The notes beneath the pieces were generated by a model. That model ran no database searches and was not told the DNA's origin. It saw only the letters and a program-made list of their open reading frames with translations. A program made the translations under genes and the position numbers. From Podospora anserina (Eukaryota), in contig CM030335.1 in NCBI GenBank assembly GCA_017654855.1, positions 3,410,001 to 3,474,000 of the forward strand: a DNA stretch of 64,000 nt. The letters run 5' to 3'. Positions 1-13,882 of the stretch are shown here, one piece after another (position 1 is the stretch's first letter; every line of letters starts with the position of its first letter).

Positions 1-122
1 ATGGCTTGACCGGAGGAGTTGTGGCCGGTGATGAAGGTGGTTGGTTGGTGGAGGTCGGAGAGCTTGCCGTTGTCTTTGCCGTTGGACTGGGCGGAGGTGT
101 TGGTGGATGTGGCGTCACCCAT
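1..122 (-). CDS. 5' end of a probable cupin-domain protein (truncated by window edge)
   Basis: ATG at 122 in CAAAATGG context reads MGDATSTNTSAQSNGKDNGKLSDLHQPTTFITGHNSSGQA...; FITGHN..G.A resembles the N-terminal motif of fungal cupin proteins. Not in the ORF track. Confidence 0.55.
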   Translation of the reverse strand, partial: MGDATSTNTSAQSNGKDNGKLSDLHQPTTFITGHNSSGQA

Positions 123-748
123 TTTGAAGAAGGTTTTTGATATGCAAGCACAAGTGCCACTCGTGGGGAGGGAGCGGGAAAGGAGGCGTCAAAGTGTTGG
201 GAGGTGGAGGTTATGTACCAAGAGGTCACTTGGTGTAACGGATCAACCCCACGTTGGGGTCCGCTGATTCCGGTCCGCTAGGATCTGCTGTGTCAGCCAA
301 CATGGCGCCGATTATGGAGAAGCTACCACATTGGCTTCCGTTTCAAGGCCGGCCTATCTACTTTCCCGGTTATGTCGTAGCCTTCACGAACTAAGCGACA
401 GGGCCAAGGGTCTGCGGCTCCAGCGGGTTGAAACCGACCCGAACCCCACCCGACAAAGCTTGTTTTAACGTCACCCGTCAAGGGTACGCGAACACGTTCA
501 ACGCGTTCTGCGAGCTGGCTTATTATATTAATGTCTGCTCCGTGACAGCTCTGAGCAATACCAAGGTTGGAGTTTGTGGCTGAAATTCATGCATCGCGAT
601 AAAGATAAGGACCGGATTGGTTATCGGCGATGCCAAGCCACTGCGGCTGACGTCATCTCATGCTGCTCAAACTTCACAACCTCAACTCACTCCAAGTCTC
701 TCTTCACCGTTTAACCCGTCGCCACGCTAACATCATAGCTCACATAAG

Positions 749-2293
749 ATGCTCGACATCAGCCCCATAACCAGCCTCCCCGGGCTAGAAAAACCGCCAA
801 AACACCACATCCTCGCCCCAATACTCAACCCGGCCAAAAGCCCCGGCTCAACATGGTCCTCATTCTTCCCCTCACTCTCCTTCGGCGGCCCATCCCAGGA
901 AGAGGTCACCCACAAAGGCCACATCTCAACTCTCGACAAAAAGAATCAAGTCGACCAAAAGCGCGAGATCATCGGCTTCCAAAACCCCTGGCCCTCGTGG
1001 CACAAGCCCACCAAGTCGGAGATGCTCGCCAGTTTTCAGTGGGGTCCTGACACAGATCCTTGCATCCCTCTCGCGGCTTCGTACGCTCTTCCCGCCAGAC
1101 AAACCCCGCCGATATCACAGCCGAGCTATAGTGATCTCTCCAACCCTGAGTCTGCCGCCTCAAAGGCTGCAAGACTGCTTACGGTGCAGAAGCCTGATTT
1201 TACGCCTTGTCCGGTTGGGAAGAAGGCAAAGGTTACTTGGTTGGGACATGCCTCGATGCTGCTACAGCTTTCATCTGGTGTTAGCGTCGTGTTTGATCCC
1301 ATTTTCTCCCAGCGGTGTTCCCCAAGCGAGTACTTTGGGCCGATTCGGACGTACCAACCGCCGTGTCAAGTGGGGGATTTACCTCGGATTGATGCAGTAT
1401 TGATTAGTCATAACCACTATGACCATCTTGATCAAGAGTCTGTCATGGGGATTTGGGAAAATAACAAGGACAGGGTGAGGTTTTTTGTGCCGTTGGGGAT
1501 AGGAAAGATGATGGTTGATTTGTGGGGTTTGCCGAAGGAGAGGGTAGTGGAGATGGATTGGTGGGATAATGTCGCGTTGACGGGACTGACGCAAGAGAGT
1601 GTGAAGGTCTGGTGCACACCCGCACAGCACAACTGTTGGAGATCAGGGAGCGGCAAGTCTGGGGAACCGAATGGGAGTTTGTGGGCTAGTTGGATGGTGG
1701 AGGACCTCCAATCTGGAGACGGGCAGGAGCTGTATAGGGTGTTCTTTGGGGGTGATACCGGGTATCAGTTCCACACCGATCCTGCATGGCCACCTTTGCC
1801 ACCGACGGATTGGAAGAGGGGTGATCCGCTACCGCCAGCAGAAAAGGAAAAACCAGAGGATTACCCACCATGTCCAGCGTTCAGAGAGATCAGCGATAAC
1901 ATCGGCCCGCCAGATCTTCTACTCTTGCCGATCAGTGTTGGTGCATCGTTTGCTTATTTGAGAAGCTTTACAACGTGGATGCCGGACTGGGGCAATCCTA
2001 TGCCGAGGCATACACAAGGTGTGACTGGGGCAAACCATATGCCTCCTTGGGATGCTGTACGGGTGTTCAAGGAGATGACTGAGGGCGGGAAAGGGAAAGC
2101 GGTGGCGGTGGGATTGCATTGGGGGACGTTTGCTACCGAGCCAGAGGAAGTGTTGAAGACTCTGGGCGGCTTGGAATGGGCATGTGAGAGGCAGGGAGTT
2201 GGGTTTGGGAGAGGGTGGGATGGCAAACATGATGAAGGCGTTGAGGACAAGGTGTTTTTAGCGGTGAATCAGGGGGAGAGTATTTTGATTTGA
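749..2293 (+). CDS. Metallo-beta-lactamase-fold hydrolase, NAPE-PLD (N-acyl-phosphatidylethanolamine phospholipase D)-like
   Basis: 514-aa ORF with VTWLGHAS, DPIFSQRCSP, ISHNHYDHLD (HxHxDH), EMDWW, PAQH, FFGGDTGY and LHWGTF motifs. Confidence 0.9.
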   Translation: MLDISPITSLPGLEKPPKHHILAPILNPAKSPGSTWSSFFPSLSFGGPSQEEVTHKGHISTLDKKNQVDQKREIIGFQNPWPSWHKPTKSEMLASFQWGPDTDPCIPLAASYALPARQTPPISQPSYSDLSNPESAASKAARLLTVQKPDFTPCPVGKKAKVTWLGHASMLLQLSSGVSVVFDPIFSQRCSPSEYFGPIRTYQPPCQVGDLPRIDAVLISHNHYDHLDQESVMGIWENNKDRVRFFVPLGIGKMMVDLWGLPKERVVEMDWWDNVALTGLTQESVKVWCTPAQHNCWRSGSGKSGEPNGSLWASWMVEDLQSGDGQELYRVFFGGDTGYQFHTDPAWPPLPPTDWKRGDPLPPAEKEKPEDYPPCPAFREISDNIGPPDLLLLPISVGASFAYLRSFTTWMPDWGNPMPRHTQGVTGANHMPPWDAVRVFKEMTEGGKGKAVAVGLHWGTFATEPEEVLKTLGGLEWACERQGVGFGRGWDGKHDEGVEDKVFLAVNQGESILI

Positions 2294-2479
2294 GTTGGAG
2301 TCAGGTCATGTTTTCCTGTGGTTGTTATGTAATACCATGAGCTCGCAGTCGACTTCGAACATGACTGAACTTCTACAGAGTAGCTTGATCAGACCAGTCA
2401 CGCACTTAAGAGAAGTCTTCGTTGCTTGAATGAGGTGTGACATATCCCCTGCCACTGGGGTATAGCGGTCCCGAAAGTC

Positions 2480-3101
2480 ATGGCTCGACGCCGCAGGTGC
2501 CCTCACGAGAGCCACCAGGAGGCCCGCTGACAATGTGAGACTGAAAGACAGCACCGCCGCGAGGTCGCGAGGCTTGAAGCCAACAGTGAAACTTGGTTCT
2601 CTTTTTATCTCATACTAAATAACTCGAAGGCCACAGCACTGACTCTCATCTTTATCTACAGTTGAAAGCCTTCCCTCTACCCTTCCTCCTGACGACGCTG
2701 GCTATCTCGGGCTTTACAGCACATTTGGAGCTTGTCCCTCGAAGCTGTTTCACTGCAGCTCGATGAGCCAAATCCGTACAACCTGCGTCAGACAGCCCGT
2801 AACTTCCTCGCAACTCGAGACTTTGCCCGTCGCCGGTGTTGGGCCTCGAAAGCCGGTCAGGAGGTCTTGGTGCGGTTTTACGCGGTGTGCCTTGTTTCTC
2901 TGCAAGGTTAGTTCTCGCAATGGTTACCTATATTAGGCCTTTATGCTCGATGCTGACACTTCTCATCTCGGTCTAGTTGTCCAACGTCTTGATGTGAAGA
3001 CCATCGACCATATTCGTCACCAGGTCGAGATGGTGGTGTTGGGACGGGAACTGCCAAGGGCGTTGGTGGAAGAGGACGGCGATTGGTATGATGCAAACTA
3101 G
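2480..3101 (+). pseudogene. Paralogue 1 of a tandem unknown small-protein family (frameshifted)
   Basis: After acceptor ..TACAG(2661) reads ESLPSTLPPDD; a shifted frame gives FARRRCWASKAGQEVLVRFYAVCLVSLQ, then an intron, then VVQRLDVKTIDHIRHQVEMVVLGRELPR...DAN*. Aligns by eye to 4652-5348; the 5' boundary is uncertain. Confidence 0.6.
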
Positions 3102-3439
3102 TCATCGGGTGGTGCGAATCGAGCTTTTTGAGATCTTGGTTTGGATCCTCTCTATATAGGTTCTGTTTGTATTGTGCAATTGACCCTTCTTCACCATCAA
3201 ACCTACTCGTGATATCTGCGTTGGATATTGGCTCAAATAACCCTGGCACCAATGGCCAGCCGAAGAAGTCAGTGTGACTGATGGCGTATGTTCCATATTG
3301 TTTGGCACCTGTAGCAACGGGTGAATGGTGGTATCATGCTCTGGGGTGGTATTGATTTCCGATCTGGGTTGGTAAGTTCTATCTTCAGCATCTTACATCA
3401 TTCGGAAAGCTATCTTCGAAGTCCCCGCACAAATACTCA

Positions 3440-4071
3440 CCTCTCAGATTCATCGCGGTCCTGGCTGCCCCAGAATTACCAGTGGTGAATTGCTCAGGCG
3501 TCGCGGGGTGAGGTATGCCCACCTTTCTCCAGCCCCACACGCTCTGGTTGGTCCCAGGGCTTTTAGCCACTCTTCAGAGAAGTAGGAATTTACAATCATA
3601 ACTCTTGGTGCCGGAAGGATAAAAGCTAATTGGATCTCCCAACCAGTCGAGGCCTTTCCGTCAAGCTTTCCAGTACCCGGACCTGAGCGGGAAAAACTTG
3701 GACGAAAGATGACCTATCCGGTTGTCAAGAATACTCTTTTCCTCCTCAGTACGAACGGCTATAAAGGGGGAATACCGACTAAGCGGCAGGGAACCAAGGT
3801 AGTGGAATCCCGGGCCGAATCACGCTGCCTTGCTGATCAAACTGGCGACAAGGTGCTATGTATTTATTATGAGATGAGCTTCGTCATTATCCCTTGTAGG
3901 CTCCAGATTTATCTCTCCCTAAACGTCATTCATTACAGCCGGCTAATTTATATTGCAGCAATTCTCCATCTTGAGATCGAGGAGGTTGACAGGCTTGTAC
4001 AACAGGTCGCCGCACAGGAACTCGGGCAGCCAATAAACAGACCGGCGTTTGTGGAAGGGAATTCTGGTTAG
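3440..4071 (+). pseudogene. Paralogue 2 of a tandem unknown small-protein family (5' exon apparently frameshifted)
   Basis: Introns 3582-3646 and 3896-3958 (GT..AG); spliced product IEAFPSSFPVPGPEREKLGRKMTYPVV...AESRCLADQTGDKVLCIYYEMSF...SILHLEIEEVDRLVQQVAAQELGQPI. Start not resolved. Confidence 0.6.
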
Positions 4072-4651
4072 CCAAGATAGCCTGTAAATACGACAACCAG
4101 CCTGGTGTCTCTTTATGAACGACGTGGAACTCGGGGCCGTGGATAGATCATAGTTCCACCCACAGCTCAAAAGCCACTATTCTACGTGCTCTATGTGTAC
4201 CGGATGTTCAGCCTTCTTTTCATTGCATTTCAAGCTTTGTCTGTCAAGCGTGAACCACGCTAGACTATGGCTACCTGTTATGCGACCTGATACTGATAGT
4301 TGTGTTTGTTTTTCGGTTGCTTAGGAGGTCGAGCTGGAGATGGTTGAGAGGGGCGGACGTGGTTGAACACATATTCGCTGCTCGGCAGAGTGAATTAGTC
4401 CTCTGTGGTGAATTGCTTCACCCTGACAAGGGACATCATGGGGTGAAGTATAGATACCCACCTTTCGTCAGGCCCACAGCCTCTGGTTGCTCCCAGCGTT
4501 TTGTCAGATCTTCATATATTGAGTGGCTCATCTCACGTTCTTCCACAAACAATCCGCCTTTCTCGCCATCAGAACCATCAAAATCATGTGCCAGGTACTT
4601 GGGCATTCGGCACATCACAGTACCTTACTATTCTCAGCTGGATACCTCGCA

Positions 4652-5348
4652 ATGATACACGATGACGAGGATCTCTTGGAACACCCGTTCGTCCGCGGAC
4701 TGACGCTAGAACATTCGCGCGAGTTCAATCTGAATGAGTACTCATTGGAGCCGGTGGTTTGGAACCGCTGGAACGCCAGACGCATTCGCTACGAATCCCT
4801 CAAACGTCAAGACGTTCTTGACACCCTGTCGAAGAGTGAGGCCTTTTCCTTTTCTTTTTTCCCTTTCCTTCTGTTTATTACTCAGTCATATTCTCGTGTA
4901 CAATTTCTCTTATTGCCAACAAGATGGACTCTAACAGCTTTCTAAACAGTTGAGGATTTCCCATCTTCCTTCCCAGAGCCAGACCAAGATTGTGACGCTC
5001 TCGGCAAGAAGATGGTAAATCTGGCCATCGAAGATGCCTTGATTCTGCTCAAATTTAACGGTCACAGGCCCTGGCGAGGTCCGCCAACGAAACAGCAAGG
5101 GATCGAGGTTTTTGGGTCCTTCGCCCAAAGGCGCTGCCTCACCCACCGTGCTGGCGACAAGGTTCTGCGGATCTATTGTGAACTCAGCTTCTTAGTTCTC
5201 CAAGGTAGGTTCAATCCTGCAACTATTACAAGAAGATCCCGCCCGACTACTATTTGTTTCAGTCACGCTTAAACTTACACCGGATGAAGTTACAAGGGTC
5301 ACACGAGAGGTGGATATGCGGGAGCTTGGGGAACCGCTGCCACAATGA
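4652..5348 (+). CDS. Paralogue 3 of a tandem unknown small-protein family; apparently intact, ~174 aa, 3 exons
   Basis: Exons 4652-4835, 4950-5204 and 5263-5348 join in frame: MIHDDEDLLEHPF...DTLSK-IEDFPSSFPEPD...AQRRCLTHRAGDKVLRIYCELSFLVLQ-VTLKLTPDEVTRVTREVDMRELGEPLPQ*. Confidence 0.7.
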
Positions 5349-6669
5349 CAATTGATAAAATGAAGCTTTGGGTTGCCAACACGGCGGTCAGTCTTGCAGC
5401 TTTCTATCAGAGAACTGGGGCAGTACTTCCACGATCGTAGCACATAACGGCACCTAGTGATCTTGAATCACGAAGCTATCAGGATTCTTCAGCATGATCG
5501 ACCTTGTCATTTAGAATCCCCAGTCGGTTTGACGCCTACTGCCGCTATGGGGTATGGTTTCAGGCGCCGAAAGATCTGGAATATACGGGCTTAATGCTAA
5601 GGGGGAAACATAATTATTGAGAAATATGCCACAACCTCATCCGAACAATGCGACAGTCTTGTCAACCTTCCCAATTTTGTATTCACCTGGCTGGCTGATC
5701 TGGTTTACCCTGGAAATAACCATTGCTTAGAAAATGAAAGCTTGAGCTCCATTGTGGAACCTGGCTTGTTAACTCACTCAGACACAGTGAATAGAATAAG
5801 TGGATAAGGATTTGCAACGTCCGGGTTGGAATTTCTTGATGGTAAAAATGATAAATATCTACCTTACCTATCTACTTTCCTAACATACGAATCTACACCT
5901 CCCGTCACCGACACCAGGACCGCGACAGACGGCCCAATATCACAATCATACACCTTCCTCACACATGATAGAGTGCCAGAATTCAGGTAAGCATATGCTC
6001 CTTTCGAAATCTCCCCTTGAGGATACGTAACACCTAACCAGAGGATAGCCTCTGGAAAGGCGGCAATCCACAACAGGATAGCTAATAAGATAAACTAAGG
6101 TAAAATAACCCTCAGTTTGTCCTATCCCACGGCCCCAGATCTTCGGCTCATCCTACGGCACCTATAATTTAGCTCATCCCATTAGCTTATAAAACCTCCG
6201 GGGGTATTTCCGTCCCGATATCTTCAAAAATAAAGTAAAATGGCATTAATCTTCCTAATGATCTATAATTCTTTAATATTAAGAGGCTATAAGTACTAAT
6301 TCCGATATAAATACTTTAAAAAGATTAATTTATCAAAAATTATATTTCGGGGCCCCCTAAGTTAAGTCTAAAGGCTGATCTAACGATAACTTTAATGTTA
6401 TAAACCTAGCTATTAACGTGCGTGATAAGCGAGCCGAATAGATAAGCGAGCCGAACACTTTCCAACGCAGCGCAACCTTCCGACTTCTTTCACTAACTTT
6501 ACTACCAATTCGCTATAAATTTACTTCTAACCGAATCTCGAACTATTTTAGCCCTCGAAGCTATTAAAAACGACCCAAACTTTAGTCTTCGACGCGCAAT
6601 TAAGTTTTATAACGTACTAATTATAATTCTTTATAACCGACGCGCTAGCCGGCTTACACGATATAATAT

Positions 6670-7160
6670 TGTTAGCTAGTGAGCCCTAATAGGCCTATAA
6701 TATAGAACCTATATAGGGTTACTGTAAAATACAGCAGTGCGCAAGCGGAAGCGAGAGGATACGACGGCAGTGCCGAAGGAGAGTAAAGCACTGTAATACA
6801 GTAAGGTATAAAGAATAAAAATTGCCTTTATTACCTTTAGCCTTAGCCTTTAGCCTTAGCCTTAAGCGTTTTTACCCTTAAGGAAAAAAAGAAAACTATT
6901 CTACAGGAGAGAGGAGAGGTCTATATATAAGCCTTCGTAGGCCTACTGTGGGTCCTATAGGCTCTGGAAGCCCCTATACTACTTTGGGGTATTTAGTGGG
7001 CTTAGGTGGGTCTAATATAGACTTATAGAAATCTATAGAACCTTTAGTAGCAAAGGTGCCCTATAAATCACACTATTATAGCAACTTACTACGTAAGCCT
7101 GTAGCTACTTTAAAAGGTTTTAGTATCTATTAATTAAGCCTTAGGCCACAGTAGCCCTAT
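6670..7160 (+). mobile_element. LTR family A (~635 bp type), truncated by the Gypsy insertion at 7161
   Basis: Starts TGTTAGC and is near-identical to 15838-16470 and, in reverse complement, to 14598-15232. Confidence 0.85.
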
Positions 7161-10100
7161 TATAACGAACCCCTATCCAGAACCTCTAAAAGGGATACTG
7201 GTTAAAGGTAACTTTTAAATAATCCTAATTCGGTGCAGCTAAATAGTGTACAATAAAATATCTTAATATAAATATAAAATACTATAAATATAAGCTTAAA
7301 TTATATATTATAGAACTATTTATTTATACTAGCTAGTTCCTCCGTATATATAGATTAATTTATTACTATTATTATTAATAATAATATCGATTATTACTTA
7401 TTATTTATCGAAAGTTAATAATAATCGTAATTATTACCTTTAATATTAATAATAATCCGACTTCCTTACTTTTCTATTTTAATAGTTAAACGGTTACACC
7501 CCGCGCTCCTTACTTATATTAAATCCGTAATATAATACCCCTCCTCCAAATCAATGTCCCGTTAACTTAATTTTATCGATTATATATACTCTTCTCGTCT
7601 CTCCTTTCTTTTTCGTAAATCTTCCTTCTTATCCTTTAAAAACCTAATTAACGCTATATCTATAGTAAAACCTTTATCGTCGTTTATATAGTACCGTACT
7701 AAACTCGCTTAAAATATTATTAAAAACGGTTTCCTCGTTATACTTTATTCGTAATATAATTCGTAAAGATTATCCTACTATATAATAAATAAAATAAAGT
7801 ATTATAAAGTTTATATATATTATAGTCGTTCGTATAACGGTACCGGTATCCCTATTTTATTACGTAAGTCTCCCGTTACCTTTCTCTTCTTCTTTATTAA
7901 TCTCTTTTTAATAAATAAAATTATACGAAAGTAATATTATCTTTAAGAGGAAAAGAAACGTACCGAGACTCTTTTAGTCGAGTATTAATAAAAAGCTTTA
8001 AAAGCTTTAACTCGTTTATCGTAGGTCCGTCGTTAACGCGAGTTTCTTATAAATAAAGGAGCCGTTATAGTCGCCCGCGGCCTCTCTTCTCTTAACGAGT
8101 TAGAAACTACTAAACGTATCGAATAGAAAGAAACTACGTAGGTCGCGCTAGCTATTCCGTTATTTAACGACGCTTCTTCTTTTAATCTTACTCCCTCGGG
8201 TCTTTCCGACTTTTTTTTTTTAAATCTTTCCTTAAGCTTCTACTAACTTTCCGACCTTCCTTTAAACCTTAATACGGCCAATCTTTCCTTCTTAACTCCG
8301 TAAAGTATTATTAATAGCGTATCTTTTACTTTTTAAAGTAATTAAAACGTATAACACTACCTATATCTAAATCCCTTTATATTTTCTAACTTCGTAATAT
8401 AATATATAATACGCTAGCCATTACGTTAAAGGTATAGATTCGATTTCCGTTAAGGTTCTTCCGTATTTAAATTTATAAATATCCTTCCGTAAATTTAAGT
8501 ATAAATCTCCTTTTTTATTACCGGTAATACTTTTTTATTTTATAATAATAAAAATATATAATATTTATTAAGTTTAAATTCCTTTATATTTATTAATTTA
8601 ATAGTATAATATATAGTATATTAATCGTTATATTAAAAATATAGGTTCGATTTTTATTTAAATTTTAGTCGGTTTAAATATTATTAATAAAATTCTTTTT
8701 ACTTATTTAAATAATTAAGATTTACCTTTAATTTTTATAAATTATTTATAGCCGGATATTTTAATTAATTAATTAAATATTTTAATTAACTTTTATTAAA
8801 CTATAAATTTAATATTTTTTTTATATTATACTTTTTTTCTTTATCCTCCGCTATTACCTATATATTAACCTTACTTACCGGTAGTACGGGTTCCAGAAGT
8901 AAAATATAAAAAATATATAACCATAAACGTATCGTACTAAGTAACTCCAATTCGAATACCGTCTTTAAAATTTTCCTTTTAACCTTAAATAAACGTACTC
9001 TCTTATAATTTAACTTCTTACTAAATCTTTTAATATATAAATTATATATAAAAAAATACTATATCCCCCCCTTTAAAGTAAAGTCCTTCGAGCTTTTTAA
9101 TATTATAATATTTCCGTATCCTTTCCCTTATAAACTTTAATTTTTATTTAAATTTACCGTAAAATATATATAATTTATTTACTTTAACCTTAACTTTAAG
9201 TACTTTAACGCTAAGTTTTTACTATAGGTTTACCTTATATTTAAAGTTTACGAAAAATAATATAATTTTAATCGTTTTAATTAATAATATATTATATATT
9301 AATTATACTATAAATAATAGTTTAATTTAATTATCTTACTCGAAATTAATATAATTCCGTAAATACTATTTTATAATCTAATTAAGCCGTTCTATTTAAT
9401 TATTTATTTAAAAGTAATAAACTAAAAATATTTTATTTATTATCCCTAACTTTATTATTAACGTTCTTTAAAATTTTAATATAAATTTAGTATCGCGGTC
9501 TATAATAAACTTTTTTAACTATATATATATTAATATAATATACTATAGTATTATATTCGTTAATTACTTTACCGACTAGGTTTCTTTATAAAGTAAAAAG
9601 TATATTTATTTAATAAGTTTATCGATTATTATTAATATATTATTATATTTAACGCCGGTTATTATATCTTTAAACTTTAATAATTTAATAATAAAGTCTA
9701 TTATAATTAAACTCTATAATCGTTTTATTATTAATAATAATTTTAAAAATCTATAAAGTTTATACTTCGTAACCCTTGTTTTTTCGTACGTATAATATAA
9801 TTAAATAACTTCCTTAACGTCGTTCTTAATCCTCGGTTAATTAAAATATTATTTAATTTTTTTTATAGTCTTTATAATATTTATATATCCTCCGAACTTC
9901 GATCCGTAAATTTCTATTACTAATATCGTTTTATTATTTAATATTACGTATACTCGATTCTTATACTATAATCTTCCCTAATTATTTCTTTAAATATTTT
10001 ATAGTTCTAGCTTTTCCTATTAATATTATTTTATAATATTATTACTTAACTTCCTTTAATATTTATTAAAAATAATTCTTTTATAATATATTACGTAATA

Positions 10101-13100
10101 CTTTATTTATAATTATAGTAAATACTTAAAAATATTATTTAGCGCTTCCTTAAATAGTAATAGTAACTCCCTAAATATATCTTTATAATAGTCAATACGC
10201 TTATTAAATACGTTTACCCTAACGTTTTCCGAACCCTTCTTATAATTAATTTAAAAATTAAATTCCGAAAGAAACTTTAATTATTATATTTACCGTACGT
10301 TAAGGACCTTCGTAATAATAAAGTACTATAGATTTTTATAATCTATATAAACCTATATTTTATACTTAATACTATTAAAATATAATTTTTACTCCTCGAA
10401 TATTTCGATAATAGTAAATAATTTTTTATTATAAATTAAATAATTTTAATATACCTCCTTTAATTTTTTTAAAAAGAAAATTATTAAATATAACTTTCTA
10501 TTATCGTTTCGCTACCCTAATTATCTACCGATCGTATAATCTAATATATCCGCCTTAACTTTAAATAATTAATTAGGGTCTAGTAATTTAAATATTAAAT
10601 CCTTTAAAATAACCTCCTTTAACTCTTAAAAGGTTTACTTTTTTTCCTACCACTATTAAAACTTTATATCCTTTTTAATTAAGTAATTAAATAGCCGCGT
10701 AATACCTATATACTTTTAAATAAATATCCGGTAAAAATTTATAAACCTTAAAAATTCTTTAATATATATTTATAACTATAATATAAATTAATCTTTAATT
10801 ACCGTAATTTTCCTAAATTCTATATAAACCTCACTTAACGATATTAAATATCCTAAATATACTATTTTTTATACGTAGAACTCGATCTTTTTTTTATTAA
10901 TTAAGAGTCCGGCTCCGTATAGCGTATCGAATATCTTTTATATATTTCGCTTATATTTCTTTAAAGTACGTAAATAAATAAAAATATTATTAAAATAATA
11001 TATTATTATTTTATTAAAGTACTTCCGGATTATATAATTAATAAAAAATTAAAACGTTATAAATATATTAATTAATTTAAATAGTATTATAAAATATTTA
11101 AAATAATTATAGGGTATATAAAATACTATTTTTTATTTATCCTCTTCCTTAATTTATATATAAATATACCTAATAAATATATTTAAATATATAAAATATT
11201 ACGCCTTTACTAATTAACTCCGTAATTTAAATATTAATAGTAACGGATAATTATTTTTTATCGTTTCGTTATTTAATTAACGGTAATCTATATATAATCG
11301 TAAACTACCGTTTTTCTTCGGTATAAAGAATATAAGGTATTCTACTAGCGATATAAATTCCCTAATATATTTTTTTTTTAAATTCTCGTTTAAATATTTC
11401 CGTAATTCCTTATTTTATTTATTATTAATATAATAAACCTTAAATAACCGTAATTTAATTTCTTTTTTTAACTTAATTTCGTAGTCCCACGGTCCTCGCT
11501 CTAAAAATCCCTTTAAATATTTAAATATAAAAGCTAAATATCCTTAATATTCTACCGGTACTACCTTTTTTTTACTTTTTTTTATATTATTATAATAAAT
11601 ATATTTATTAACCTTTAATATTTTTATTAACGTTATTAACCTTATTTTTTCGATTTTACTATTTATATTAATAGAATATACTATTACTTTTTAAGCTCTT
11701 TACGGTAATACTATAAAGGGTATTTATTCTATACTTTACTTTATATATACTCCTAATCTCCTATCGTTAATTAAATACTTTTAAAACTTTTTTAATCGTA
11801 AATAATTATTATCCCTCTAATCGATATTTAGGTTATAGTTTTTATACTATAATTACTTTAGGATTATATCCTTCGAAAGTTTTATATTTATAATATCGAA
11901 TATAATTAAAATTATTTTCCCTTTAATTATAATATCTAAAAATAATATTTCTTTATAGATTTTTTATATCGGAAATAGTCTTTATATAACGATCTATTCC
12001 TTTTTTTGTTTTTATAATATTTTAATTTAGTATACGAATTATAATAAAATTAAATTTATTTCCGTATTACTATTTATTAATACTACCGCCTAAATATTTT
12101 TTTAATATACTATAACCTAAAGGTATTTATTTTTTTTACTTCCTCCCTATACAGTAATAACTTCGCTAACGAGTACCGGATCGTTATTCTATACCTTTAC
12201 TTTACATTAATACCTTTAAAAATATTATTCGTAATCTATTAAAGGTTACCGGCCCCCGCGAAGGGCCGTAAATCGTTTCCTAAACGATTATATCGTTTAA
12301 AAGCGTTCTCCTACTCCGAGTTATTTAATAATATAAAGTCTTTTAACTATATTTATTTAGCTTCCTCCTATTTTCCGTTTTTTATATATTTAATATTTTT
12401 TTATATATATATCCGATAACGGTTCTTTACTTTACTTTATTAATACCCGATAATTATAACCTCTATAACTTTCGGTCCTTTTAATATAATAATTACTATA
12501 ATCTTTTTTTTCTATCCGAGTTACTTAGGTACTTTATAATCCCTCTTAAAATATTTTACTTTACCGTAATTAAAATATTTAAAGTTATTTTTACTTTAGT
12601 TTTACGGTTTTTATTATTAAATAATATTAATTTCTATAAGCTCTATATATATAATCCCCGAAATATAAATCCCGTATAGCCGTCTTTTTTTTTATTATTA
12701 AAGTAATAGGATCCTTATATACATATACCTTTACGCTCTTTACGGCACTAATTTTATCGATCGTCGATACGGATTACTATTACGATATACTTATCGATAG
12801 TCTCCGGTCGCTCTATTTAATATAGTTTATTTTTAACTTTTTTCTTAAGTTTATTATAAAATAACTATATTAACCCTTTATCGTTAATTATATTATAAAG
12901 TATATTTATTTTAAATACTATAGCGTAATCAGTAGTAAATCGAGTCTACCTAAAGTTAGTTAGTTACTCCTAGATACGCCTACCCTCGTCGTACTTTCTA
13001 AATACCTCTTTAATTTTCTCTTTAAAGCTTTTATACGACTTAAAGTACTTTTTCGTAATATCTTCCCTTTTATTATACTTATTATTAAAGTAGTCTTCTA

Positions 13101-13878
13101 AAATCGGCTCGAACTAAGTAAATGTTTTATCTTTAAGCCGGGACGTAATATATATAATTTTAGATTCCTCGTTTAGGAAACGAAAAGGGTAATACCGAAA
13201 GTAAGCCTTAAGTTAAATTAAGAACCCTCCTAGCTTTCCCTTTACGCCTCTATAGCGATCGGGTACTTCGAGCTTAGTACGCTCTCCCTCCCTACGTAAG
13301 GTACTAATCTCCTAGTAAAGTATAGCGTTCTCTTACGTAAGGGTATCGTAGGAAAGGCGTAACTTATCCTTAAGCTCTTAAATACGAGCGAGAAGCTAAT
13401 CGATAGTAAATTAGGTCGAAATCCCTTAAGTATTAACGTTTCTAACTATAGTATTATTTTAATACCTTTAATTTATCCGTAATAAAATTAAAGTAAGTAT
13501 ATAACGTATAACAAACCTCTATTTAAAACTTTTAAAAAGGATACTAGTTAAAGGTAATTTCTAAATAATCTTAGTTCGGTATAGCTAAATAGTGTATAAT
13601 AAAATATCTTAATATAAATATAAAATACCGTAAATATAAATTTAAATTATATATTACGGAACTATTTATTTATACTAGTTAGTTCCTTTATATATATAGA
13701 CCGGTTTATTATTATTATTATTAATAATAATATCGATTATTACTCGTCGTTCATCGAAGGCTAGTAATAATCGTGATTATTACTTTTAGCACTAGTGATA
13801 ATCCGACTTCCTTACTTTTCCGTTCCAGTGGTTGGACGGTCGCGCCCCGCGCTCCTTACTTATATTAGGTCCGTAATA
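7161..13878 (-). mobile_element. Full-length RIP-degraded Ty3/Gypsy LTR retrotransposon (~6.7 kb; crapaud/Yeti-like if Podospora)
   Basis: Direct LTRs 7161-7532 and 13507-13878; polypurine tract GGAGGAGGGG next to the 3' LTR; RT relic PKKNGSLRLYIDYR*LN (~11275-11325, minus); gag relic near 13200-13450; candidate TSD CCTAT/CTTAT; strong TpA enrichment. Confidence 0.9.
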
Positions 13879-13882
13879 CTTA

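Noticed and set aside
5860-6410. Gene-like remnant left of the transposon
   Set aside because: Multiple stops and RIP-like damage; no strand or family could be assigned
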